Source of the DNA: Promethearchaeota archaeon
GTDB taxonomy: Archaea; Asgardarchaeota; Lokiarchaeia; Sigyniarchaeales; SOKP01
Assembly: GCA_019058295.1 (NCBI GenBank)
Contig: JAHPZI010000016.1
Span: 58,021-99,899 of the forward strand
Direction of reading: 5' to 3'
Length of the DNA: 41,879 nt
A model generated the notes under the pieces. That model had not been told where the DNA came from, made no database searches, and saw only the letters and a list, made by a program, of their open reading frames with translations. Made by a program: the position numbers and the translations under genes. Shown here piece by piece: positions 1-9,236 of the stretch (position 1 is its first letter; each line of letters begins with the position of its first letter).

Positions 1-3000
1 TTCTTTGGCGGGTTTTTTAATTTTTTTCTCAGTGGGTTTTTTAACTTTTTTTTCCTTAGGTTTTTTAACTTTTTTTTCTGTAGGTTTTTTAACTTTTTTT
101 TCTGTAGGTTTTTTAACTTTTTTTTCCGCAGGTTTTTTAATTTCTTCTTTAAGTATTTTATCAGGTGAAATAGGTTTCTTTGTTGGTTTTGTTGGTTTTG
201 ACAAAGGCGGTACTATTAGCGCGTGTTCTTTAAATTTATCATTGAAACCCTCTTCACGACTAGTAATATCCACGCTCGGTGCTTCTTTCTTTTTCAATGT
301 TTTTCGATATTTTCGAACTTTTCTAACAGGTTTTGGATATCTTCCTACGTAATAGTAATAAAGGAAATAAGTAGCTAATGCGCCAATAGCTGCGGCAGCA
401 ACGATGAAAAGGATAAGCCAGAGTAAAAATTCGCCCTCTTCTCGTCTAGCAACCAAAGTAACTTTATAATCCTCAAATTGATAAAGACCACCCTCTTTGA
501 AAACTGTAATTTCTATTTTATGCGTTCCTTCCGGAACATCTTCTAAAAGTACTTCGTATATTCCATCATCAGTCTCATCAAGTTCTCCATCCCCAAATTC
601 CCAATCATACGAAACTTCTGCATCTTCAATTTTTCCTCCAAAATCTAAGTCGTTTAATTCTATTTCTAATGTGAAATCTTCACCAGGCTCAATTTCAAAC
701 TTACTCTCTCCTTCTGTTGTTGTTACGTCAGTATAAATTTTTCTTATTTTAAATCCTATATTCACTGTTAAAGGTTCATAATTATTTTTTGAAGCATCGA
801 TTGTTAAAGTTTTTGTTCCAAAACCAAGCAAACCTGTGTTAATTACAGTTGAATACTGACTGTTAACAACATCTTCCGGTAAAGGTTCACTTAAACCCTC
901 ACCACTTAATCTCACCGTTGCATCAGAGATATGATTTCTACTTGTATCATTATATTTAAAATCAACTGCTATTTTGGTTGTAATCGGAATGTCATCAAGA
1001 AAAGGACTATCTGTTTTATTAACTCTATCTAACCATAGTTCGTAGGTAGTCTTTCTTTCTGTAATTTCGACAAGAAAACTAATAGTTTGAGGGTTGTACC
1101 CGCTTTTATTGGCAAATATAGTTAATGTATCAATCCCCGAACCTAAAATTGTAGCATTTATTATAATATCATATTGATTATTTTTCTCTATTAACTTATC
1201 GATTCCCAATAAAGTAACATTAGCCTTACTAAGATGATTTCCCTGAGAATCCTCATATTTTATTGATATATTAATATCGTCCAAAACTTCAGTATAGTAT
1301 ATCTCATCTGGGTCAAAATCCGTACCATTCACCTTTAATTTTAAAGTCGAAGCTAATTGACCTACAACTATACTAACTGGAATAGATTTACTCTCATATC
1401 TAAACTTCTTTATGGTTATAATTAATGTATGCAATTGATTTGTAGCATAATTTTTTGGATTGCCAGTTAGATTATATCTCCCCTCCGAAATTCTATATAT
1501 AGTATAATTATCCCAATTCGAAGATATATCAGTAGTATTAATACCTTTTTGAGGAAAATTCAATTCTCTGTAGTTAAACTGAACTGAAAAATTTTGATTA
1601 ACTGGAGTAGGGATATAATCATTGTCTACAGTTAAAACTGTCTGTTTGGTAACATCAATCGTTATATTTATCACTTTATTAGTATAAAATGTTGAGTTAG
1701 CATATATTGTAAGGGTATTATTTCCTGCAAGAGCTTTTCTAGTATCATATTCGTATAAATAAACACCTGGACTTTTCTCAAGGAAAGTCAGAATATCATT
1801 AGTTGAATTTTTTGTGTATACAAGCGCATTTTCTATAGCTGTGTTATCTTCTTTATCTGTATATTCCACTTCTATATTAATAATACCATAATCAATAATA
1901 TTTTCAATATAATAATTACCATCTTCTGGCTTAAGAACCGAATCATGTATTACAGTAAATTCTTTAGATATAACTCCGGATTCATTCAATCCATATATAG
2001 AATATGAATTATTCCATGTAACTATTGCCTCATACTTTCCTGCTTTATAATCTGAACCTGATATATATGGTATTCTAAAGGAGCTAAATTTAACGATTCC
2101 GTTACTATCAAGTTTTACTGATTGAATTTGATCTGTCCAAATTGTACCGTTTGGAAATCTTATATAGAGATGAGCATAAGTCTCATCAATGTAATTTTGT
2201 ATTATTGAAGATTTCGTTATTTTTGCTGTTATATTAAGATAATCTCCACTTAATAATGTAGAATTAAGCTCCCAGATTCCAGTCACATTATTATATATAT
2301 TTAAATCCTCACAATAATTAGGTGAAATTCCTTTAATATTCCAGAAGCCGCTTGGAGAACTTGTTATATCTTTAACAGGAATTTCTAAAAGACCTGGAGT
2401 TGAATTGTCGCATTGGTCTAAAATATTAATTGCTGGTTCCTGATTACTCGAAACCCATGTGATATTCACATCTTTAGGAAATCTAAGACTCATGTTTGTC
2501 TCTTCATATTGATCTAGTACAGTTATCTGCCCATAAGTTTCCCAATTTACTGCACTATTATTCTCTACATTGAACTTAGTTCCAATAGAATCAAAATTTT
2601 TTTCATAATACGAATATTGATTAAATTTTCTTGTAAAAATATTCAAGTCTGTTTTTAATTCTACGTCATAATTACCAAGTGTCCAAACCTTATCGCAACT
2701 GAAATTAGCGGACATATCAATATTTTGATTAGGGTCATACCAATCTCCCTCTATGCCTATGCTTCCCTTACCCCAATCGACATCTTTTACGTTTGTACCA
2801 TTAACTTTTAAGCCAATTTGTTCTGGTTTTGCTTCTGCATTCAAAATTAACGATACATTATCAATTAAAACCTGCTGAATATCCCCGTAATCGGCATAAG
2901 TTTGAGAATCACCAATTCTTATTAATTTTACTGATAATTCTATCGTATTACCATCTAATGGATCTGGAAATACATTAGGATCGTCTAGCCATTTAGTTAA

Positions 3001-3897
3001 TGGATATTGGATATAAGCCCAACCTCCGTTGCCTACATCTTCTAGTTCTACTAGACTGTTAGCATCAATTACAACATCATTCAGTAAAATTTGTACATCC
3101 CAATGGGTTCCGAAATAGCCAGTTCCTGAACCACTAGGATTATATTGTGTTTCAGGATATAACGCAACGTATAATTCGCCATATTTTATATTTCCACGAG
3201 GAATATTGAGTGTTGTATTCCAACTACAAAAATCTCCTTGATCATAATAGGTATTACCGCCACCGCGACCTCGCATTCTTAACTCTAAAGTATCGTTGCC
3301 TTTAACTGGAAGATAATCTGCGTCATAATAATTACCGGACATATCATTATTATTTCCTGGGTCGCGTTCACTGAAAGTCCAATTTTGAACATAACTACTA
3401 TCATCATCTGTCAATCCAGCACCATTGGGGGATTCTTGATTAGAAAAATTTCCACAATGGAAAGTTCCATTAACCCAATTTCTTGTCTCATATAAATCCT
3501 TTATAGTAGCATTAAATTGATATCCTGTCCAACCTTTTCCTAGAGGTACTGATGCCGTATCATCATAGGAATCACTCGTAAAATCTACTGGTAAGTCATA
3601 TTCCGTTCGATTAGTCCAATGACTTACATTCCAACTGCTCCCTATTCCGCTTAATATATTATCATTATCGATGGGTGGATCAATTCCATTATTATTTAGT
3701 GAGTCATTGTATAAAATATTGTCTTTATCGTTAAGATCTGAATCAATTTCTTTAATAGCATTAAAACTAGCGAAATTAAATAATAAAGAAATTAAAATGA
3801 TAAATAAGATAATAAACCTATTAATTTTAATAGGTTTTAAACGTCTAAACGTTGCACCTTTACGCTTAAATTTATTGTATCTTCTTTTATTTAACAT
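1..3897 (-). CDS. Large membrane-anchored cell-surface protein (>=1299 aa, 3' end runs off window); paralog of 3920..7708
   Basis: Not in ORF track because there is no stop in the window. Manual translation from ATG 3897 gives MLNKRRYNKFKRK...RFIILFIILISLLFNF (signal/TM), then SGIGSSWNVSHWTNRTEYDLPVDFTSDSYDD...GWTGYQFNATIKDLYETRNWVNGTF, collinear with the upstream paralog. C-terminal TM is followed by RYPKPVRKVRKYRKTLKK and a KKPTEKKV-repeat tail. Frame is consistent at the start, the shared tract and the window edge. Confidence 0.9.
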   Translation of the reverse strand, partial: MLNKRRYNKFKRKGATFRRLKPIKINRFIILFIILISLLFNFASFNAIKEIDSDLNDKDNILYNDSLNNNGIDPPIDNDNILSGIGSSWNVSHWTNRTEYDLPVDFTSDSYDDTASVPLGKGWTGYQFNATIKDLYETRNWVNGTFHCGNFSNQESPNGAGLTDDDSSYVQNWTFSERDPGNNNDMSGNYYDADYLPVKGNDTLELRMRGRGGGNTYYDQGDFCSWNTTLNIPRGNIKYGELYVALYPETQYNPSGSGTGYFGTHWDVQILLNDVVIDANSLVELEDVGNGGWAYIQYPLTKWLDDPNVFPDPLDGNTIELSVKLIRIGDSQTYADYGDIQQVLIDNVSLILNAEAKPEQIGLKVNGTNVKDVDWGKGSIGIEGDWYDPNQNIDMSANFSCDKVWTLGNYDVELKTDLNIFTRKFNQYSYYEKNFDSIGTKFNVENNSAVNWETYGQITVLDQYEETNMSLRFPKDVNITWVSSNQEPAINILDQCDNSTPGLLEIPVKDITSSPSGFWNIKGISPNYCEDLNIYNNVTGIWELNSTLLSGDYLNITAKITKSSIIQNYIDETYAHLYIRFPNGTIWTDQIQSVKLDSNGIVKFSSFRIPYISGSDYKAGKYEAIVTWNNSYSIYGLNESGVISKEFTVIHDSVLKPEDGNYYIENIIDYGIINIEVEYTDKEDNTAIENALVYTKNSTNDILTFLEKSPGVYLYEYDTRKALAGNNTLTIYANSTFYTNKVINITIDVTKQTVLTVDNDYIPTPVNQNFSVQFNYRELNFPQKGINTTDISSNWDNYTIYRISEGRYNLTGNPKNYATNQLHTLIITIKKFRYESKSIPVSIVVGQLASTLKLKVNGTDFDPDEIYYTEVLDDINISIKYEDSQGNHLSKANVTLLGIDKLIEKNNQYDIIINATILGSGIDTLTIFANKSGYNPQTISFLVEITERKTTYELWLDRVNKTDSPFLDDIPITTKIAVDFKYNDTSRNHISDATVRLSGEGLSEPLPEDVVNSQYSTVINTGLLGFGTKTLTIDASKNNYEPLTVNIGFKIRKIYTDVTTTEGESKFEIEPGEDFTLEIELNDLDFGGKIEDAEVSYDWEFGDGELDETDDGIYEVLLEDVPEGTHKIEITVFKEGGLYQFEDYKVTLVARREEGEFLLWLILFIVAAAAIGALATYFLYYYYVGRYPKPVRKVRKYRKTLKKKEAPSVDITSREEGFNDKFKEHALIVPPLSKPTKPTKKPISPDKILKEEIKKPAEKKVKKPTEKKVKKPTEKKVKKPKEKKVKKPTEKKIKKPAKE
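11..140. repeat. 24-bp tandem repeat, ~5.4 copies, encoding KKP(T/A/K)EKK(V/I) in the cytoplasmic tail
   Basis: Units start at 11, 35, 59, 83, 107 and 131 (ggttttttaacttttttttctgta and variants). Confidence 0.95.
1979..2327. repeat. 349-bp direct repeat, copy 1 (identical to 5829..6177)
   Basis: Base-by-base visual comparison; first mismatches at 1978/5828 and 2328/6178. Confidence 0.9.
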
Positions 3898-3919
3898 ATC
3901 TTTTTGTTTTTTCTTACAG

Positions 3920-6900
3920 TTATTTTTTTGTTTTTTCTTTAAGTTGTTTTTTTGGTTTTTCTTTCGATTTTTCGATTGTGGATTTAAGTTTTTTTTCTGT
4001 AGCAATCGGAAGAATTGGTTTTTCGAGAGCTTTAAGTTTTGGGATACTTTTCGTTTTATCTGAAAATGTTTGACTAAAAGCCTTATCTCTGCTCAAGATA
4101 TCTGTTTTCGGAGCGCTTCTCTTCTTTAAGGTTTTTCGGTATTTTCGGACTTTTCTTACTGGTTTTGGATATTTGAAATATAATTGATAGGCAATAATAT
4201 ATGTTGCAAGCGCAGCTCCAATTAAACCAGCAATGATAAATAATATAAGCCAGAATAATGGTTCCTCTGGCTCTCCAGAAGCATCTAAAGTTATTTCGAT
4301 CTCAATAAAATTATATTTTCCAGTTAAATCAGTAACTGATATAGTGATAGTGTATGACCCTTCTGGCACTTCCTTTAATTTAGCTTCATATAATCCATCA
4401 GGAGTTTCATCAAAATCACCATCTTTTAATTTCCAATCATATTGAACAATCATTCCTCGAATACGAATGTTATTATCAAGATCAAATAATTCTATTTCTA
4501 ATTTAGCATCTTCTCCAGGATCAATCTCAATAGTATCATCATCAATTAATATTTGCGTTTTTATTTTTCTGACTACAATTCTGAGATTTTCATCTTGAGA
4601 TTCAAAATTAGTTTTTTCCGCAGTAAGATGAATAATATAAACTCCGATACCTAAATCTTTAGTATCTAGCGTATATTCATAATAATTAGAGGTTTCAGTT
4701 AAATTCGCTGAATAATCCCCCAAAAGTTTCAACATACTGCCACCTAAATGGATACCATTTGTTGTCGTGTAATTTACAGTAATATGTATAATTGAGTCAA
4801 TCCAAATCTCATATGATAGATCTTTTGTTATATTCACGCCATTTGCAAATATTTCCATCATTGTCTGATTTTCACTGATCTGGACAATAAAAGGAATATT
4901 ATTTGCCCTATAATTAATACTTTCGGCATAAACATTCAATAAATCTATTCCTTCTGCTAAATCACTCACATTTACTATTGCAGTATAGTGTTTGTATTGT
5001 GATTTATACGTTAAATTCGCTTCAAATCCTTGTGTTCCTTTTACGGTTACATTTGCTCCTAAAATACTATTATCGTTGATATCTTTGTAAACTGCAGTAA
5101 TATTAATTTTTTGCCAAGCTTCAACTGAATAAACATCATTAGGATTAAATTTTGTACTATTTACATAAAGTACCATCTTAGAATCCAATTCAGTTATAAG
5201 AAATGGTATTTGTGATGATGTCTGAGCTTCAAATTTATAGACATTCACAGTAAAATTAAAGGTGTGATATACATTTGGAGTATAGCCCGTTGAGTTGCAT
5301 GTAAAATTATAACTATTGTCTGGATTTTTAATAATTTGATATTGACCTGTAAATGAAGTTGATACTTCTTTATCGAAGTCAGTAATTATAATCTCATTTG
5401 AAGGATTGTTTTTCCTTGTATAATTAAACCTGATAGTAAAATTTTGCTCAAATTGAACGAAATCTCCAAGGGAATCTACAATAAGAAGTGTTTCTTCAAT
5501 TACATCTACAGTTATATTAATTTGTTTATTAATATAGGAAGTTGAATTGGCAAAAACTCTTAAAGTTACATTGCCCGTAACGTATTGACTAGCGTCAAAT
5601 ATAAGTAAATACAACCCTGGACTAGATTCGCTAAAATCTAATTTTAAAGCTGAAGGATCTAGAGCATAAACTTTGGCATTTCTTATATTACTATCATCTA
5701 TTTTGTCCTTAAACCTGACTTTTATATTTATCACTGTATTATTAATAACATTCTCAATAAAATAGATACCATCTTCAGGTTGTAAAATGGATTCATGTAT
5801 TATGGTAAATTCTTTAGATATAACTCCAGATTCATTCAATCCATATATAGAATATGAATTATTCCATGTAACTATTGCCTCATACTTTCCTGCTTTATAA
5901 TCTGAACCTGATATATATGGTATTCTAAAGGAGCTAAATTTAACGATTCCGTTACTATCAAGTTTTACTGATTGAATTTGATCTGTCCAAATTGTACCGT
6001 TTGGAAATCTTATATAGAGATGAGCATAAGTCTCATCAATGTAATTTTGTATTATTGAAGATTTCGTTATTTTTGCTGTTATATTAAGATAATCTCCACT
6101 TAATAATGTAGAATTAAGCTCCCAGATTCCAGTCACATTATTATATATATTTAAATCCTCACAATAATTAGGTGAAACTCCTTTAAAAAGCCAATAACCA
6201 CTCGGTAAACTAGTTATATTCTTAACGGGAATTTCTAAAAGACCTGGAGTTGAGTTGTCGCATTTGTTTAAAATATTAATTGCTGGCTCTTGATTACTTG
6301 AAACCCATGTGATATTCACATCTTTAGGAAATTGAAGACTCATGTTTGTCTCTTCATAATTATCTAATAAACTTATGTGCCCATTTGTTTCCCAATTTAT
6401 TATACTATTATTTTTTACCTCGAAATAAGTTCCAACTGAATTGAGGTCCTGTTCGTAATACGAGCCCTGGTTAAATCCCCTCGTAAAAAGACTTAAGTCC
6501 GTTTTTAATTCTACGTCATAATCACCAAGTGGCCAAACCTTATCGCAATTGAAATTAGCTGACACATCAGTATTTTGATTAGGGTTATTCCAACTACCCT
6601 CCACACCCACTCTTCCCTTACTCCAATCGATATCTTCTACATCTGTACCATTGAGTTTTAAGCCGATTTGTTCTGGTTTTACTTCCGTTTTCAGTTCTAA
6701 TGAAACATTATCAATAAAAATTTGCTGAAAATCCCCGTAGTCGGCATAAGCAAGTGTTGCCCCAAGTCTTATCAATCTTAAAGTAAGATTTATTTTATTT
6801 CCTTCTATTGGATCTGGAAATATAAGAGGATCATCTAACCACTTAGTTAATGGATATTGATAATTGACCCATCCTCCATTACCCAAATTTTCTAATTCTA

Positions 6901-7708
6901 TAAGATTTTTTGCGTCAATTAAAACATCATTCATTCTAATTTGAAAAAGCCAATGACTTCCATAATCACCATTTCCTAAAGTTGCTTCATCATGGTACTG
7001 CGACCACGGGTACACAGCAATACTTATTTCTCCATCAATCACATTACCCCTTGGTATAGTTATGTTTGTATTCCACCAACAGGCATCTAAACGATCATAT
7101 CCATCATTATCTCCATTCATCCTTAATTCAAGAACATCATAACCAGGAACTAAAGTATTACCACTATCGAAATAATTTCCAGACATAGCATTTTCATAAG
7201 GAGGGTCACCTCCTCCACTAATATCTCTATACCCAAAGGTCCAATTTTGAAGATAATCACTGTCATCCTCAGGGCAACTGCTATCTCCATCATCATTTCC
7301 GGCATTGAAAGTCCCATTGACCCAATTTCTTGTCTCATATAATTCTTTTATAGTAGCATTTAATTGATACCCTTCCCAACCCTGTTTTAAAGGAATAGAT
7401 TGAGAGTCATCATAGGAACTGCTAGTAAACTCTACTGGTAAGTTATTATCTGTTCGATTAGCCCAATGACTTACATTCCAAGGAGCACCTATTCCACTAT
7501 AACTACTATCAGAAGATAAATCTTGTTTCTTTAGATCATTGTCCTGGAAATCATTTCTAATATAATCGTTTTCATTATCATTGTCATTATCATTAATGTA
7601 AGAATTGTCATTAAAAATTAGATTTGATAAAAAAACATTCGCTAATAAAAAGAATAATAACAAACCAGCGAATAATATCCTCTTTTTGCGAATATTTTTA
7701 GATTTCAT
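3920..7708 (-). CDS. Large membrane-anchored cell-surface glycoprotein (1262 aa): N-terminal signal/TM, beta-rich head, Ig-like stalk repeats, C-terminal TM, basic tail
   Basis: Hydrophobic N-terminus; many N-x-S/T sequons; repeated beta-sandwich-like units (INITAVYKD...GANVTV, ITVNYTT...YIIHLTAEK); TM LFWLILFIIAGLIGAALATYIIAY then KYPKPVRKVRKYRKTLKK; AGGTG SD upstream. Confidence 0.9.
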   Translation of the reverse strand: MKSKNIRKKRILFAGLLLFFLLANVFLSNLIFNDNSYINDNDNDNENDYIRNDFQDNDLKKQDLSSDSSYSGIGAPWNVSHWANRTDNNLPVEFTSSSYDDSQSIPLKQGWEGYQLNATIKELYETRNWVNGTFNAGNDDGDSSCPEDDSDYLQNWTFGYRDISGGGDPPYENAMSGNYFDSGNTLVPGYDVLELRMNGDNDGYDRLDACWWNTNITIPRGNVIDGEISIAVYPWSQYHDEATLGNGDYGSHWLFQIRMNDVLIDAKNLIELENLGNGGWVNYQYPLTKWLDDPLIFPDPIEGNKINLTLRLIRLGATLAYADYGDFQQIFIDNVSLELKTEVKPEQIGLKLNGTDVEDIDWSKGRVGVEGSWNNPNQNTDVSANFNCDKVWPLGDYDVELKTDLSLFTRGFNQGSYYEQDLNSVGTYFEVKNNSIINWETNGHISLLDNYEETNMSLQFPKDVNITWVSSNQEPAINILNKCDNSTPGLLEIPVKNITSLPSGYWLFKGVSPNYCEDLNIYNNVTGIWELNSTLLSGDYLNITAKITKSSIIQNYIDETYAHLYIRFPNGTIWTDQIQSVKLDSNGIVKFSSFRIPYISGSDYKAGKYEAIVTWNNSYSIYGLNESGVISKEFTIIHESILQPEDGIYFIENVINNTVINIKVRFKDKIDDSNIRNAKVYALDPSALKLDFSESSPGLYLLIFDASQYVTGNVTLRVFANSTSYINKQINITVDVIEETLLIVDSLGDFVQFEQNFTIRFNYTRKNNPSNEIIITDFDKEVSTSFTGQYQIIKNPDNSYNFTCNSTGYTPNVYHTFNFTVNVYKFEAQTSSQIPFLITELDSKMVLYVNSTKFNPNDVYSVEAWQKINITAVYKDINDNSILGANVTVKGTQGFEANLTYKSQYKHYTAIVNVSDLAEGIDLLNVYAESINYRANNIPFIVQISENQTMMEIFANGVNITKDLSYEIWIDSIIHITVNYTTTNGIHLGGSMLKLLGDYSANLTETSNYYEYTLDTKDLGIGVYIIHLTAEKTNFESQDENLRIVVRKIKTQILIDDDTIEIDPGEDAKLEIELFDLDNNIRIRGMIVQYDWKLKDGDFDETPDGLYEAKLKEVPEGSYTITISVTDLTGKYNFIEIEITLDASGEPEEPLFWLILFIIAGLIGAALATYIIAYQLYFKYPKPVRKVRKYRKTLKKRSAPKTDILSRDKAFSQTFSDKTKSIPKLKALEKPILPIATEKKLKSTIEKSKEKPKKQLKEKTKK
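5829..6177. repeat. 349-bp direct repeat, copy 2 (identical to 1979..2327)
   Basis: Direct comparison. Confidence 0.9.
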
Positions 7709-7920
7709 AAATTATTTTTACACCTAGATCAAGGTGAATCTAGATATTAATGAGATTAATTTAATTTAAAATGTTATAGTTTAAAAATATTATATTATAG
7801 TTTATAAAATTTTATGAGTTTAATATACTATTTAGTGATAAATTATTTTAAAGTAAAAAATAATTATTATTATATTAATCATAATACAAATGCTATAAAA
7901 AAAATAAGGCGATTATAAAA

Positions 7921-9201
7921 TTGATCCAAGGTATATTAACATTTCAATTTGTTTTAAATACAACTGAAGGTGGGGAAATTTCCCCCGAATTCCGACCAAT
8001 ACAAATTGTTTTTAAAGAAGGAGAGGATCGTTTTACAAAAGATAATTTTGCCGATTTAATTATTGAGAACGATCTTTTTGCTACTTTTTATCAGCATACA
8101 ACTGGAATTTACAAACTTGAATCAGGGGTTAGTAATTTTTATACTGGGCGCCTAAAAGAAACTCCTTATCAAGCTTTTTCTTATTTTCGACAAGAAAATG
8201 ATGGTTCACAATTTATTACAATTGCAATTTTTGAATTAGACGATGAGATCGAGCTATTTGAGGATATAATTAAAGATTTAGCAACCAGATTGGATGTTAT
8301 CTTCCAGACACTCATAAGAGCTCAAAATGCAAAACAAATCTCTCAAATTTCTAATGTGAATATCAGGCTGGCTAACGAACTCAAATTCACCATCTTTCAA
8401 ATTGAAAGATTAAGTAGATTAGACAAACTTCAGAAAGTTGCTTTAATATATAATAGTCCTGAGCGATTAAAAATGTTAGAAATTTTACGCGAAAGGCCAA
8501 TTTTAAAAGAAGAACTGAAAAGTTCTATTGAAAAAATAAAGCCTACTATAAACATTGATATACTTCTTAGACCGTTTTTAGAATTAAATCTAGTTCGGCG
8601 TGATTGGAGCAAAGGGGAAAAAGATAAAAAAACTGGTATAATTACAAATCAAGGCGAATTTTTATTTTTAGTAAAAGATCTTGTATTAGCACGCATTCCA
8701 AGTGCATATTTATTTAATCATTTAAAAGAATCGAAAAGCGAATTATTTGAATTATATAGAGAAAAGGTAAATGAATTCTTTTCAAAATACGATCCGCTAA
8801 AAGAACCTATTGAAGAAACAAGAAAATTAGCTTCAATACTTTTGAATCCGGATATATACGATTTTTTTGCCCTTCTGCGCTCTAATTACTATCCTTTGGA
8901 TAAAATTCCTAAAGTTTTCTCAGATTTTGCTGTGACAGATATTCTTTTAGATAATTTAAAGAAATTAAATATCATAACTGAGATACCTCTAAAAGAAAAA
9001 ATAGAAGGAGAAGAACAAGAACGAAAATGGATAGCATTATTAACAGATATAGAGCCATTAGTAATATTTCCGGAATACATTCTTCCGTATATTCGAAATT
9101 CTTTTAAAACTCCCGAAGAAGAAATACGAATATCCTATGAAATAGCTAAGAAAGCATATGATCTTTTAGAAACTACATATCCAGAGAAAATTGAATTTTA
9201 A
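7921..9201 (+). CDS. Hypothetical protein, possible N-terminal longin-like domain plus C-terminal winged-helix domains
   Basis: 426-aa ORF, TTG start. N-terminal beta-beta-alpha-beta-beta-beta-alpha pattern (ILTFQF...YQAFSYF...FITIAIFE..helix); wHTH-like ERLKMLEILRERPILKEEL...LLRPFLELNLVRRDW. Fold call by eye only. Confidence 0.55.
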   Translation: MIQGILTFQFVLNTTEGGEISPEFRPIQIVFKEGEDRFTKDNFADLIIENDLFATFYQHTTGIYKLESGVSNFYTGRLKETPYQAFSYFRQENDGSQFITIAIFELDDEIELFEDIIKDLATRLDVIFQTLIRAQNAKQISQISNVNIRLANELKFTIFQIERLSRLDKLQKVALIYNSPERLKMLEILRERPILKEELKSSIEKIKPTINIDILLRPFLELNLVRRDWSKGEKDKKTGIITNQGEFLFLVKDLVLARIPSAYLFNHLKESKSELFELYREKVNEFFSKYDPLKEPIEETRKLASILLNPDIYDFFALLRSNYYPLDKIPKVFSDFAVTDILLDNLKKLNIITEIPLKEKIEGEEQERKWIALLTDIEPLVIFPEYILPYIRNSFKTPEEEIRISYEIAKKAYDLLETTYPEKIEF

Positions 9202-9236
9202 AATAGATTGAACCATAAAAGAGTTGAGTTTAAAAG

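Noticed and set aside
11-140. CRISPR-like periodicity
   Set aside because: Contiguous 24-bp coding repeats with no spacers and no cas genes
5-352. + strand ORF with (VGFLTFFS)n repeats
   Set aside because: Antisense shadow of the KKPTEKKV repeat tail of the real minus-strand gene 1..3897
497-4445. + strand ORFs 497..736, 3671..4063, 4233..4445
   Set aside because: Antisense to the two large surface-protein genes, with Ser/Phe-rich shadow composition
1979-6177. Diversity-generating retroelement TR/VR pair
   Set aside because: The copies are identical rather than adenine-mutated, both lie mid-gene in paralogs, and there is no reverse transcriptase in the window
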